Part shown: one piece after another, positions 12,368 to 24,741 of the stretch
Position numbering within the stretch: the first letter of the stretch is position 1
Layout: every line of letters begins with the position of its first letter
Assembly (NCBI RefSeq): GCF_011745625.1
Contig: NW_027191468.1
Coordinates: forward strand, 62,001-126,000
Direction of reading: 5' to 3'
Length of the DNA stretch: 64,000 nucleotides
DNA from: Cladosporium halotolerans
Lineage: Eukaryota
Program-made: the position numbers and the translations under genes
Notes under the pieces: model-generated
Database searches by the model: none
Told to the model about the DNA's origin: nothing
The model's input: only the letters and a program-made list of their open reading frames with translations

Positions 12368-13933
12368 TTACTCTTGCTGTTGCTCCTCCGGCTCACCCCA
12401 GCCGGTCCGCTTCTTGAGGTTCTTGATATTGTAGAGCAGATTGTCGACGGTCTTAGGGTCCTCCTCGATTCCTGCAAGATCGTTGAGCTGCGCCAGCGTT
12501 CCTTCGAAAGTCTCGTCTCGTTCGAGCTGGACCTGGCTGCTGCTGTCCAAGGTAGGTCTGAAGGCAATGAGACGTCTTTGCTCGCCTGCGCGAGCGTCGA
12601 GTGACAATACCGCGTGATGGTCAATATAAGCCACGTCCAGTGGGTATCTCTCTTGCAATTGTCGTTCAACGACAGTCGACTTCGCCGTAGGGTCGCCGAT
12701 ACTTGACGACGACAAAACCACAAGAGCCGGGATCTTTTCGCAAGCAATGATGACCGCACTGTTGCCAGGCTGGTTCTCGATAGGTACCGTCCAAATCCCC
12801 GAGACAGAGATGTGAGGGTCCTTTTCTTCTGGCGTAGGAACCACATACTTAGCGAGAAGCTCTCGGATGTTGATGGTGTTCTTCAAGGCGAAGTTCGGCC
12901 AGTCCCAGATGCCAATCCAGTCATCTCCACCGCCGCTGACAAGGAGATCAGTGCCAGGGATCAAGCAGATCTTACTGACGAACTCCTTGTGACCCAAACA
13001 GAATCCTTCGATGATGTGTGATTGAGGAGCCCCTCGTGAGATGCGGATATGCTCATCTCGGTCGGCGGTGATGATGTAGCGGCGAGTCTTGCCGTCGACC
13101 TCTCGTTGCGCAAATTTGGTGTCAGTAAGCATAGAGACATGGCCCAAGAGCAGCTTGTGCTCAAAAGCCAAAGCTTCCTTCTTCGGCGTAAACAACTTCT
13201 GCTTCTGTTGCGCCTCCAGAGATCTCAGATTGCGTTTCGTGTGGACAGTCAGGTTTGTGGCCGAAGGCTTGAAGTTCGCCTCAGACGTCTGAGCCTGAGC
13301 CTTAGCTTCTGCTGCTTGCGCTTCTTCGGCAGCCTTCGCATCACTGGCGTTCTTCTCGGACTCGTCCGTGGGAAGAAGTGGCAAGGAGTAGACGTCGCCG
13401 AATTTGTCGCCGCAAATGATGGTTTCGTTGTCTGGGAGGATCTCAAGCGCGCAGGGACGCTTCGGCATCGTCCGTTGACTCAGTTCGACGAGGCTGCCGT
13501 CTGATTGAATGCTGAAAACGCGGACACATTTGTCTTCAGTGACCGCGACAGCATGCTGCTGGTCGTTTGCAACAGTGAGCTTGATGACGTTCGTCAGAGC
13601 AGGTGGAGGCTTTGCTGTTGTCTTCTGCTTCTTAGCAGGTCGCTCTCCGTTCTCGGCATCAGCACCGTTGTTTGATGTGCTTTCGACTGGTGCAGTACCC
13701 TGTTGAAACAATTGTCAGCAATGCTATTTTCGTGAGACCGTCTCAACTAGATGTGACAACAATCGCTGCCGTTTTGATTGACTTACAACACTATCCGCAG
13801 TCCATTGCGAGACAATCGAGCCATCGCTCATAGACAGCGACAGGAGCTTAGGGCCGCAAGCCGCGAGGAGAAAGGCTTTGCCATCTGTTGATGAAGGCGT
13901 CGCACCAGCCGTTAACTGGAAGGGGTGAGGCAT
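12368..13933 (-). CDS. TRM82: tRNA (guanine-N7)-methyltransferase non-catalytic WD40 subunit (intron 13700-13786)
   Basis: MPKRP, GDKFGDVY, LLGHVSMLT, IITADRDEHIRISR, FCLGHKEFVS and LVSGGGD motifs of Trm82/WDR4. Confidence 0.92.
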
Positions 13934-14223
13934 TGTGGCCGCTATGAATGAATTTAAAGTTGCAATTGTGACCGTCTAACTGCTATACCTCTGAAACGCC
14001 TCGCGCCAATCGCGAAAATGTCTGCTTTAGCTTCATCCGCGATGCATGCGGTCTGGGGTCAATGCTGCCTCAGGCTGCACGCCAAGATTCAGCAGCCACA
14101 GCCCGCGGGCTGTCCGCCGAATTTGCTGGCGATCGTTTTGCGCGCGGGCAGCGTCTTTACCTTTTACAACCAACACAAAATCACCAACAAGCCTTAAAAA
14201 CTTACCTATACCGCACCGACGCT

Positions 14224-15221
14224 ATGGGGGGCAAGTCCGCAACCAAGGGTCAGTACTTCGACAAGCTGAAGGCGCTCCTCGAGGAGTACCACAGCATCTT
14301 CATTGTCGGTGTCGACAATGTCTCGTCTCAGCAGATGCACGAGATCCGTATCTCCATGCGCGGTAGGGGTGTGATTCTCATGGGCAAGAACACCATGGTA
14401 CGTTGCGTCGCGCACCCATGAAAAAGAGCTGGGGAACAATGGCTGACATACCCCAGGTCCGTCGCGCCCTGAAGGGTTTCATCTCTGAGCACCCCGAGTA
14501 CGAGCGTCTCCTTCCCTACGTCAAGGGCAACGTCGGTTTCGTTTTCACCAACGCCGACCTTAAGGAGACCCGTGAGCTCATCCTGAGCAACCGTGTCGCC
14601 GCCCCCGCCCGTGCCGGTGCCGTCGCCCCCGGTGATGTCTACATCCCGGCCGGTAACACTGGTATGGAGCCTGGCAAGACCTCTTTCTTCCAGGCCCTTG
14701 GTGTCCCCACCAAGATTGCCCGTGGTACCATTGAAATTACCTCGGACCTGAAGCTCATTGAGGCCGGTAACAAGGTCGGTGCCTCCGAGGCCACCCTCCT
14801 CAACTTGCTGAACATCTCTCCGTTCACCTTCGGTATGACCGTTCAGCAAATCTACGACCAGGGCCAGACCTTCGACAGCAGCGTGCTCGACATTGAGGAG
14901 TCCCAGCTCCTCAAGGCTTTCACCACTGCCATCACCACCATTGCGTCCATCTCCCTGGCCGTCAACTACCCGACTCTGCCGTCCGTCATGCACAGCGTTG
15001 TCAACTCCTACAAGAACGCCATCTCTGTCGCTCTCGAGACCGAGTACGAGTGGGAGGCCATCCACGAGCTCAAGGACCGCATTGCCAACCCGGATGCTTA
15101 CGCCGCTGCCGCTCCGGCTGCTGCTGCCCCGGCCGCTGGCGGCGAGGCTCCCAAGGAGGAGAAGGCTGCCGAGCCGGAGTCCGAGGAGGACGACGACATG
15201 GGCTTCGGTCTGTTCGACTAA
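14224..15221 (+). CDS. RPP0: 60S acidic ribosomal protein P0 (uL10); intron 14398-14456
   Basis: [59 protein letters not shown]-terminal [12 protein letters not shown]; strong codon bias. Confidence 0.97.
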
Positions 15222-15801
15222 GCGTGCGCTTTTGCTCAATGCTCTGTAGACAGACAGAAATCGACAAAGTATCTGATGTGGATACGACAAACCACGCATT
15301 GTTTCAGTGCATCTCGTGTTTCGTTGTGACAGCCCCGTTTCCCCAACGTGTGCAGTCTGCGAACGCTTGACAAAGAAGGTACGTTGATTCTTGTTTTCAA
15401 CCCCACTGAGCACGCATGCAATCACCTGATGAATATTTTTTAACCCTGAGCCTCACGGCGCTGAGGATCAAAACGCAACAACAACACTCTAATTTTTTTC
15501 TGATCTACGATGTCCTACTCAACTTCACTTTTATCACAAAAGCTTTCACCGGACTTGGACTGACATTGAAGTGTCTAGGTTCAAGACGACTAGTCATTAC
15601 CAGTTGCTTTGCCATACGCGACCACGAATGATGCTTGCGATGCTTGATGTCATTATGTCTCCCAATAATACGTACACTGTCGACCGTATTAAAGTTCTTT
15701 CCATCCCAATCGATTACACTTCACAACGTTGTCCATACAGAGTCGTTTTCCCATTGCCATCGACCAAAATGGAAGGAGGTTCTTCATCAGTTTCCAGATT
15801 G

Positions 15802-16882
15802 TCAATGAAGGCAATCTAAAACATCATGTGGTAGAGCTTCCGACAACCTCGGTGCTTCGCCGCGATACCCAAAAAGGCTCTCAGCCCTCTCAGCCCTGGT
15901 CCGCGAATTACTGGCGAACAAATACCTGCTCAGCCCCGGCATGATCGGCTTGAGCATCAGATCCAGCTGTTCCAAATTAACCTGCATAGGCTCCGGATCT
16001 TCAATCACGCCTCCCTGATGCAGAACCCTGCCGACCACTCTCGCGACCTCCAGGTGCGAGTGCTCCTGCGTCCCCGCAAAATAATACCCGTTGCCATTGA
16101 AGAAGTCAACAGCGGCACTCCCACCCGCCACCGCCGCTTCCACAACCCGCAAGTAAACCCTCATCAGATCATCGATATGCACCCAGCTCCTCGTATTCGC
16201 CCCCTCGCCATAATAAAACACCCGCCCAACCCTCCGCGCCTCCTGCACGAAAAACGGCACGAACGCGCTGCGCGCCTTGCCCAGCCCCTTGCCGCGCCCG
16301 TAGATGTCCGGCGGGCACATGATCGCCACATTCACCTGCCCGCCGCCCTGCGCGGCCTCCGCGTGCAGGATCCGCTCCGTGTTGCGGTGCAGCGCGGTCC
16401 ACGGCAGGGCCTGGATCTCCCCCAGCGACGACACGTCTGACCACACTTTCGGGTTCAGCTTGCCCAGGAGCGCTTCGTCTTGCCAGTCGGCGACGATGCC
16501 CGTCCCGGAGAGGTGGATGAGGTAGCCCGGGCTGGGGCGCGGGCGGCGCAGGCCCGAGAGCAGGGCGGCGAGCGAGGGCTCGTGGTCCGAGTCGCCGCTG
16601 TGGATGACGATGTCGGTGGCCGCGGCGTGCGCGGCGAGCAGGTCCGCGCTGTCGTAGTCGCCGAGGACGACGTTGATGCGCGGGTAGGTTGTGGTGAAGG
16701 TTGGGGGGATGTTGCGAAGCAGGACGGTGATGTCGTAGTCGGGGTGGGCGGTTGCGAGGGTGTGCAGGACGGAGCCGCCGATGTAGCCTGTGCCGCCGGT
16801 GCTGGGGTGGGGGTGTTAGTGAAGTCTTCGGTTTGGAGATGGGCGGAGCGAGCAGATCTTACAGGAATAGTTTGGGTGCCAT
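15802..16882 (-). CDS. NAD(P)-binding SDR / epimerase-dehydratase family protein (intron 16802-16862)
   Basis: MAPKLFL-TGGTGYIGGSVL Rossmann motif after splicing; also IHLSGTG, IMCPPDIYGRG, SWVHIDDL and YLFASNSRTRA. Confidence 0.82.
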
Positions 16883-17799
16883 GGTGGGTAGGGTCGCGTT
16901 TTTCAATAGTGATGTGTTTGGAGCTTCGTTTGTCGGTGTCTGAATGCCTCGTGTGAAGCAGTCAAGGTGATCCAATGGTTGCCCTGGTCGACCACCCCAC
17001 CCGCTCACATAATCCTGTTCGCTCCGGGTCTTACTAAGCATGTATGCATAAGTCGTTTCGCTGGTGCGCACAATTGTTGTACATGGAAAGCAAGATGTTG
17101 ATTATCAAAAGCTACAGTGCAATTTGGTCAAGAAAATGAAGGCATAGAAAGCAATGTCTGGGTATTAACCCCAGCCTGTACGGTGCCCGAATAGCCACTC
17201 TTCAGATTCTCAATGGGGGGCCATGGTTGACTTACCTGTCTGTGCGATGTTGGTTTGTCCTTTCTCTTGTGACCTGAGGGCTTGTGATTTCCCTGCGTAG
17301 CTCCAAGCAGCCGCTATGGGTCAGCCGAACTCAAGACATCATCGTTGAGTGTCCCGCTCCCAGATGCCATGAAAACAAACGCGGACTGCCTTCACCTCCA
17401 AAATCTCAACATCCAAGATACACCCGGCGCGTGTGTCCACTGTGATAGAGAGTATTCTTTGTAATGCCGAACAAAGGAAGTTGGCCTTTTGGTCGGGGAA
17501 ACGACGAGGACATTGTGCTCAGTAAGCCGTACAATGCCTTTGTAGTCTTCGCTGAATGACTGGGTGCTTTGTAGCCCAAGCTGAATGACTTGCAGTTCAT
17601 ACTGATGAATGGCTTTGTAGAGATCGAGTGCATGATTATATCAGGGCTCGATTGCACCATGGTTGTGCATCCTCTTCTTTCCTCACCGAACAACCACTTG
17701 AGATACTCTGCGGCTGCCTGGAGCAACGCAAGAAAATCACAAGCCCTCAGGTCAAAAGAGAAGGGACCAATCAACATCACGCAAACAGGTAAGTCAACC

Positions 17800-18420
17800 A
17801 TGGCTGCCCCTTCGAGCAACGTCGTGAGCTTCAACCCGGGGTCTAGTCTAGGGAGCAGGCACTCGACACCCCAGATTCGCCTGCACAGGATGTATATGGC
17901 ACTCACCTTCAAGTTTAAAGAGGACTACTCCTCGGAGCAGGACATGCACCGCGAAGGCCTTTTCCGCTCTCTGATGCTGTTTCACCTCCAGCAGAGTGGG
18001 TTCACGAATGTCGCTGAATGGACAGTCAACGACGCCGCGAGGGAACAGTGCATCTTCGATTTCATCAAGATATACGGCAAGAAGCTGTGGCCCGGGAAGA
18101 CGGCCTTGCGCTCCCATCTCGCCGTGCCGCATGTCAAGGCTCCGAAGGCGACGAGGAGCTTCATCACCGGATTTGACAGCCACACCCCAAAGGCCACAAG
18201 TTTTGTCGCGAGTAGCGCAGGCAGCAAGATGGGGAAGGCTCTGAACAGGTACGTTACCGCCTTGCTGGTCCTGGGTCTTAAGGCTGACACTAACGATACC
18301 TCGTCGTTGCTCGAAGGCATCGTTCAGACCAACTTCCTTGCCGCTCCTTCCGAGCCTGAAGTGGCAGTGAAGATGGAACAGATGGAATTCGAAATGTCCG
18401 AAAGCGGCGTACACGGTTGA
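17800..18420 (+). CDS. Hypothetical protein (boundaries uncertain; possible intron 18249-18316)
   Basis: Open frame of about 206 codons from an ATG in CAACCATGG context, with protein-like composition. GTACGT...CTGAC/CTAAC...AG signals lie near the 3' end. No family recognised. Confidence 0.45.
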   Translation: MAAPSSNVVSFNPGSSLGSRHSTPQIRLHRMYMALTFKFKEDYSSEQDMHREGLFRSLMLFHLQQSGFTNVAEWTVNDAAREQCIFDFIKIYGKKLWPGKTALRSHLAVPHVKAPKATRSFITGFDSHTPKATSFVASSAGSKMGKALNRYVTALLVLGLKADTNDTSSLLEGIVQTNFLAAPSEPEVAVKMEQMEFEMSESGVHG

Positions 18421-19046
18421 CGCTGAGGGTTGAGGCACAGTCGGAGTCCCAGTCGGCACTCCGGCTTCAAGTGGTTGTCGAGTCGAATATAGCGGAAAAT
18501 AGCGAGTTCTGTATAATAAAAGAGATCGAATTTTGGAAAATTGTCTGCATGAAATTTATCAAGTGATGAAGTGACTCTGATCAGGTTTTGGATGGTTGGC
18601 ATAGAAGTTTGGGAAGCGGTTCAACGCCTCCGACGGGCTCGTGCCTCATGCGATGTAGAGCCATCTCACCAGCCGTAGATGGCATTCGAGAATGATGTTA
18701 TCCGAGTTGATGCTGAAATGAAGTACTCAGAGCAAGAAGAAGCCTGAGGCGCGCACATGTTTGCTGAGTAGGTACCTAAGGGTCGTAGTGAGGATTGCTC
18801 TGCTTGGCTTGACGCTGTCCCGTTGGGGCCGTGGAAGGCGTGGAAGCGCATAGAAGCAGCTGCGGCTGCACCCGCACAGCCTTTCTGACGTTGATTTGGT
18901 GCCGCCGGGCGGCACGAAATCGTTGTCGAGGTACAGTCGCCGCCAGATCTATTCCTACCTTACGCCTGCCCGGCCTTTCCCTTCTCTCCCACCATACCCC
19001 TCCAACCCCCCTCACTCACACCCGCACGGCTTCTGTGCTGCAACAG

Positions 19047-19206
19047 GTACGTCCTCGTGCTCACCGCACCGCTCCCTCGGTGAAGGCTGGCTTTGCGCAG
19101 CGTCTGCGCCGTCGCCGCCGCCGGCTACGATTACCTATAGATAGCCCTAGCCTTTCCGCCTTGCCTGCCCGCTCGCTCTCCACAAGCGCGCTGACCACAA
19201 TTCTAG
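19047..19206 (+). other. Probable 5'-UTR intron of the DnaJ gene
   Basis: CAG|GTACGT donor at 19047, GCTGAC branch site and TTCTAG acceptor at 19206, ending 130 nt before the ATG. Confidence 0.6.
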
Positions 19207-19336
19207 AAAGTCCCATCACCATCTTCACTCCTGTCCTCATAAACTCGCGCCTGCCGACGAGTGACGAGTGACCAGTCGCGCACTACTATAGACCGCCGGC
19301 ACTCCCCTTCGACCAACACTTTTACAGACAGCAATC

Positions 19337-20679
19337 ATGGTCAAGGACACGAAATTCTACGACCAGCTCGGCTGCTCGCCCGATGCGACCGAGTCTCAGC
19401 TCAAGACCGCATACCGCAAAGGCGCCCTCAAGTACCACCCCGACAAGAACGCACACTCGCCTGAAGCCGAGGAGAAGTTCAAGGAGATCTCCCACGCATA
19501 CGAAGTTCTGTCAGACTCTCAAAAGCGCCAGCTCTACGACCAGTATGGCGAGGAGGGCCTCGAGCAGGGCGGTGGAATGGGCGGTGGCATGGCCGCCGAG
19601 GACTTGTTCGCTCAGTTCTTCGGCGGCGGCGGTGGTGGCTTCGGCGGCATGGGTGGCATGTTCGGCGGCCGCGACCCTGGCCCCAAGAAGGCGCGCACCA
19701 TCCACCACGTTCACAAGGTTTCTCTCGAGGACATCTACCGCGGCAAGGTTTCCAAGCTGGCGCTGCAGAAGAGCGTCATCTGCTCCAAGTGTGAGGGCCG
19801 TGGCGGCAAGGAGGGCGCTGTGAAGACTTGCCAGGGCTGCCAGGGCTCGGGTATGAAGACCATGATGCGCCAGATGGGCCCCATGATCCAGCGATTCCAG
19901 ACCGTCTGCCCCGACTGCAATGGCGAGGGTGAGCAGGTGCGCGAGAAGGACAAGTGCAAGCAGTGCTCCGGCAAGAAGACCATCATCGAGCGCAAGGTCC
20001 TGCACGTCCACGTCGACAAGGGTGTCTCCAGCGGCACCAAGATCGATTTCCGAGGAGAAGGTGACCAGATGCCTGGCGTCGAGCCCGGTGACGTGCAGTT
20101 CGAGATCGAGCAGAAGCCTCACCCGCGCTTCCAGCGTAAGGGTGACGACCTTTACTTCCACGCCGAGATCGACCTTCTCACTGCCCTCGCTGGTGGTGCC
20201 ATCTACGTTGAGCACCTTGACGAGCGCTGGTTGACTGTCGAGATCCTGCCCGGCGAGGTTATCTCACCAGGTAAGCATTCCTAAGTTAATATAACCTCTG
20301 CTGTCCAGTCAACTGACATTGTGATTTTCTAGGCGAGGTCAAGGTCATCCGCGGCCAGGGTATGCCCTCATACCGCCACCACGACCACGGCAACCTTTAC
20401 GTTCAGTTCGACGTCAAGTTCCCGCAATCGATCAACGGCCCCGCCGACAAGGACGGCGCACCGACCACCATGACCCCCCAGCAGATCAAGGCTCTCGAGT
20501 CCGTCCTTCCTCCCCGGAAGCCCCAGGCCATCCCTCCACCCGACGCCATGACCGAGGACTTCCAGCTCGAGCGCGTCGACCCCATGGAGGGCTCTCGCGC
20601 AAAGGGCATGACCGACATGGACGACGACGACGACGAGATGGGCGGCGGCGGCGAGCGCGTGCAGTGCGCGTCGCAGTAA
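19337..20679 (+). CDS. YDJ1: Type I Hsp40/DnaJ co-chaperone (Ydj1/Mas5); intron 20271-20332
   Basis: J-domain with HPDKN, G/F-rich linker, four CxxCxGxG-type zinc repeats and C-terminal CAAX box CASQ. Confidence 0.96.
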
Positions 20680-21504
20680 GCGCCCCGCGAGTCGGAGGAG
20701 GTTGCCGTTGAAAAAAGGTGCAGAGCAGGCGAGCATGAGCATTTGAACACCCCAAGATACCACACCCCCGTTCTCTTACCGGGGGGAACCTGAGTTTACA
20801 GCGACATTCCCGTATCAAGCCCAGGTCGTTTTCCTGCTTTGAGCTGCTCTCGCGCCAAGAGCATTCCCGATAGAGAGATTTTCCTGCTGTTTTTTTGGTC
20901 CGGTTGCTAGCATCTTGGAGGGAGCGGTCTGCTTGTTTGGTTTTCCTTCCTCCCTTTCATCGTCGCGTCAGCAAGGGTTTACGATGGTTAGAAATGATGT
21001 ATGCATTTGGTAGCGTGCGCGCCTGGAAGCCTCCGGAGCCTGGCGGTCCTTTTGGGCGTCCAGAGACGTGAGGGGTTCCAGGTGTGGATTTAATGTTCCG
21101 ATAGATCACTGATGGTTTTCTTCTTTTCCAATGCCTCGAGGTAGCCCTGCGAGAAAGAATTGGGATGCTGTAATTTTTGGAACGAAAATATCATCTCCAC
21201 CCACGGTCACTATATGTAGGAAGAGGTGAAATGTCCATCATGGTTGTCTGCTTTCAACCTAGAGTTCCTGACGTCTCCCAAAACCGCACGGCCGGCCGAC
21301 TGCACACGTGCTGGAGAATTGCACCTTCCTAATCCGTCCATAACAGGCAAGGGTTTCATTTGTGTTCTATTTGCATCGTGGGGAGCGACTGATGACTCTA
21401 CAGACATTTGATTAACGACCAATCATGATAGAGTTATAGACCTGCGACGTCGGATTTTCCGCCTTGCATACATTGGAACCTTTCCAACTCATCTTTAAGC
21501 GACC

Positions 21505-22572
21505 ATGATTTCAGTGCATAGCTTGACGGACCCAGTCGCCGCCAAGCAGGTGATTGCACCTGTTTTGCAACATCTACGGCAGCCGGAATACTTCGAGACG
21601 GCTCTGCCGTTGTATCGCCGCTTGCAATTCGGACGCTTCTTGGAGAGCAGCCATCTATTCACCAACCGGACTTTGGATCGCACAACAAACGCGGGAGCAC
21701 CATCAAACCCAGAAGACTCCCCATGGTTCTACGCTTTCGTCGACCGCGGCTGCAGGCCAGAGACTGAGGTCTGGCTCTTCGGCAGCTGGGAAGTCGAGGC
21801 CCGATCTCCGAGCAGTCTCTCGTCTACCAACAACGACCAACCAAATGGATCTTCACCACCATCCTCTCCCCACGCCAAACAAATCCAATCCCTCCTCCTC
21901 GCCCTCACTCGCACCATCAAATCCGTCCCAACCCCACCCTCAATCCACCCCAGCGCCTCCATCCTCACCGCGCAAACCCAGCTCGCCTCTCCCCCCTCAA
22001 CCCCCTCCCTCCCCGACCCCAACACAATGCTCTGGGGCGCCATCCACGCCCGCACACTCCCGCACCTCCAAGCCCTCAAGCTCCTCGCCACGCACCTCCT
22101 CCCCATAACCCCCAACCACACCTTCCTCTTCCCCCTCGAAACCCTCCCGCCCCCGACCCCCTTGCCCCCGAACCTCCGCTGGGGCCGCCCGCGCCCAGAG
22201 CACTTCCCGCTCATCCGCTCGCGGACGGGGATCGCGCGCCAGGACTTCACGCTCGCGCGGCTGCCGGGGCTGGCCGTTTTCCCCGCGGACGAGGAGGACG
22301 CGGCGCCCGTGGCGTGGGCGTTCGTGGGGCTGGACGGGAGCCTGACGACGCTGCACGCTGAGGAGTCGCATAGGAGGTTGGGGTTGGGGAGGGCGCTGTC
22401 CGCGAAGTTGTTCCGGGAGGAGATGGGGAGGTTTTGGGAGGAGGGCGTGGAGAGGGTGGCGCATGGGAATGTGATGGTGGGGAATGAGGCGAGCGCGGCG
22501 ATGTGTGCGCGGTTGGGGGGGAGGGAGGGGGAGTGGGTTTATTGGGTTATGGTTGATTTGGGGGGTTGGTGA
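21505..22572 (+). CDS. GNAT-family acetyltransferase (FR47-like C-terminal domain)
   Basis: 355-aa ORF. C-terminal PVAWAFVGLDGSLTTLHAEESHRRLGLG (acetyl-CoA motif A) and GNEASAAMC (motif B). Confidence 0.78.
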   Translation: MISVHSLTDPVAAKQVIAPVLQHLRQPEYFETALPLYRRLQFGRFLESSHLFTNRTLDRTTNAGAPSNPEDSPWFYAFVDRGCRPETEVWLFGSWEVEARSPSSLSSTNNDQPNGSSPPSSPHAKQIQSLLLALTRTIKSVPTPPSIHPSASILTAQTQLASPPSTPSLPDPNTMLWGAIHARTLPHLQALKLLATHLLPITPNHTFLFPLETLPPPTPLPPNLRWGRPRPEHFPLIRSRTGIARQDFTLARLPGLAVFPADEEDAAPVAWAFVGLDGSLTTLHAEESHRRLGLGRALSAKLFREEMGRFWEEGVERVAHGNVMVGNEASAAMCARLGGREGEWVYWVMVDLGGW

Positions 22573-24741
22573 TGGGAGGTTAATGTGCTGGGGGGTTAGA
22601 GGAGGGAAGTTGCTGGGTGGAAGGGCTGGGACCGATGGCGAAGTCTGTTCAATGGAGTGCGAGTGCGATTAGTATCTCCTTCATGCTCCACGAGGGCCTC
22701 CACGGAAGAGTTGGGTCGATTACAGTCTTAGAGTTGGTCGAGCCAACTGATTGATCCTGGCTCCGATCGTAGCTGCCAGGGCCATCCGCGACAGTATTGC
22801 ATCTCGAAGAAGCAGTCTTTCGAAGGTTCATGAGAGGCTTGAAGTCGGCAAAATTGACAGCTTGATCCTCTAAATTTGACTTCTGGTCATAGTCGTAGTA
22901 AGTGCTGTCGGTTGTTGTGTCACAAGACGTCGATCAAAATGCCGGAAACGATGAAAAGTTGTCCATGAGCGGCATTGTGTGAGCGAGATCGTTCGTGACC
23001 TGCCGCGATCTACCGTCAGCATCAGTAGTTCTGACCAGCCTAAGAACGCTCACGGGTTTCGCTAATCTGTTCGGATGCAACACACCACGATTGGTGCACG
23101 TTTCTCACGCAGTCGGGGCGGCTTCCGGAAAATCGACAGTGCTACCGAATCGAGGTTTCTCATCGGCAACAGCATTCTAGCACTTCATCGAAGCCTCTGG
23201 TCGTCGAAAGGCAGCGAATTTGCCTCGACTCCAATATCCACGGTACGAGACCTGCCCACAGGCAGTACTGTGCAAAACGTGCGTGGTGCTTAGAGAGGTA
23301 TGCTTGCAAACAGAGCGGCTGTGATCCGCTTGGCAAAACATTTGCAATGCTGGTATGACGGTACTTCTCTCAGCCGCATGCCAAGTTGGAACGCCGATAC
23401 ATATCCTGTGATAGTCGAGATGCAGAATTGTTCGACGGCGGGACCAAGATCCCCGATTTCCTTCATCTTACCGTAAGCAGGAAAGCGATGGGAGCTCGGC
23501 CAGGTACACGGACGGAGTATTTTTGTCACTCGCGCAGCATCGTTTGCTCTTCGATCCGTCTCCCCGGTGTCACCAGCTCTTTCGCACAAGGCACGTCAAG
23601 GCCTCGCGATTACTCCAAGGGCTGTGTGCGGTCTGTCCCAATCTTCCGTCATCACTGTGGGGAAGCGAGGAGAATATCCACCTTGTGAATCAAGTTGCGA
23701 GCACTGACCAGCGGCGAGACGGTGGTGTTTCACGGGCAGACACAAGGGAGACGTATATGACCAGGTCCCGGGAGACGCACGACGGGAAGCGCATGTAGGG
23801 TCGCACATGGGCTGCAGGCGTCCAAATTCCCCGACTGGCCAGCGGGCGCGGTATCATGGTGAGCACCTGGGTGGCAGACGGAGGAGAGAGCGAAGGGCGC
23901 TCGCTCGTGGGGCGGCACAGGGTGTGATCAAATGGCGGCCACGATGCGATGCCAGCCGTCTGTCACACAGTGCCGCGCCCGCGCATCGCGGCGACGGGTG
24001 ATGGTGCCCAGGAAGTGTGGGAGGGCTGCCCGGCGGTACAGCACAGTGAAGCAGTGGGGATCGTGTGCGTGCAGCGCGGATCTCGAGGCACGGGCGGTGG
24101 GCGATGTTGCAGCAGCGCGCGGTTGTTAGGGTCGGGCGAGGCATGCCGCCTGCGTGCCTGCGTGCCTGCGTGCCTGAGCCAGCCGAGCGAGTGGGTGCAG
24201 CAGCCTGAGCCCGCGCCAGCCAGCTCCAGCCCGCGCCAGCAGGCCAGCCGGAGGCTCGAGGCCCGAGCTTCCCTTCTCACATCATGGCTTTGGCTGCTAC
24301 GCCTTGCGCCCGTGATACTCTCGCTCTGTATCAATCCGCCCTCGTCCTCACTGCCGCCGCTCCCCTCCCGCCACGCCGCCTCTCTCCGCCGCCCCGCCGC
24401 CGCCGCCCGTCGCGACGAAGCTTGGCGCTCCTCCCGCACGCGGCCCTCGCAAGCTCTCTGACATCAACAAAGCGAAGCTCCGGCCCTCGTCCACTCGCAC
24501 GAGCACCACCTCACGCCAAAGCTGCAGCGTTCCGCAGCAGCCCTTCCTCGCCCGCCGCTCCTCGCCCGCCGCCAGCCTCCTCGTCTGAGCGCCCATTGTC
24601 AACATCGGCACTCCCCCCGAGCGCTCTCGCCCGCGCCTGGACGCCACGGGCTACCGTGGGCTGGAAACCCACCACCGCCCGCGCGGGGTCTGGCGCCCAT
24701 CCGTCTCAGGTCGCCGCTTCAGGCCGCCGTAGTCAGAAAGG

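Noticed and set aside
14328..15425. 365-aa ORF antisense to RPP0 (likewise those opposite YDJ1 and the flippase)
   Set aside because: Codon-bias shadows of highly conserved genes on the other strand.
18834..18855. Heat-shock element-like GAA repeats upstream of YDJ1
   Set aside because: Spacing of 9 and 10 nt does not fit a canonical perfect or step-type element.
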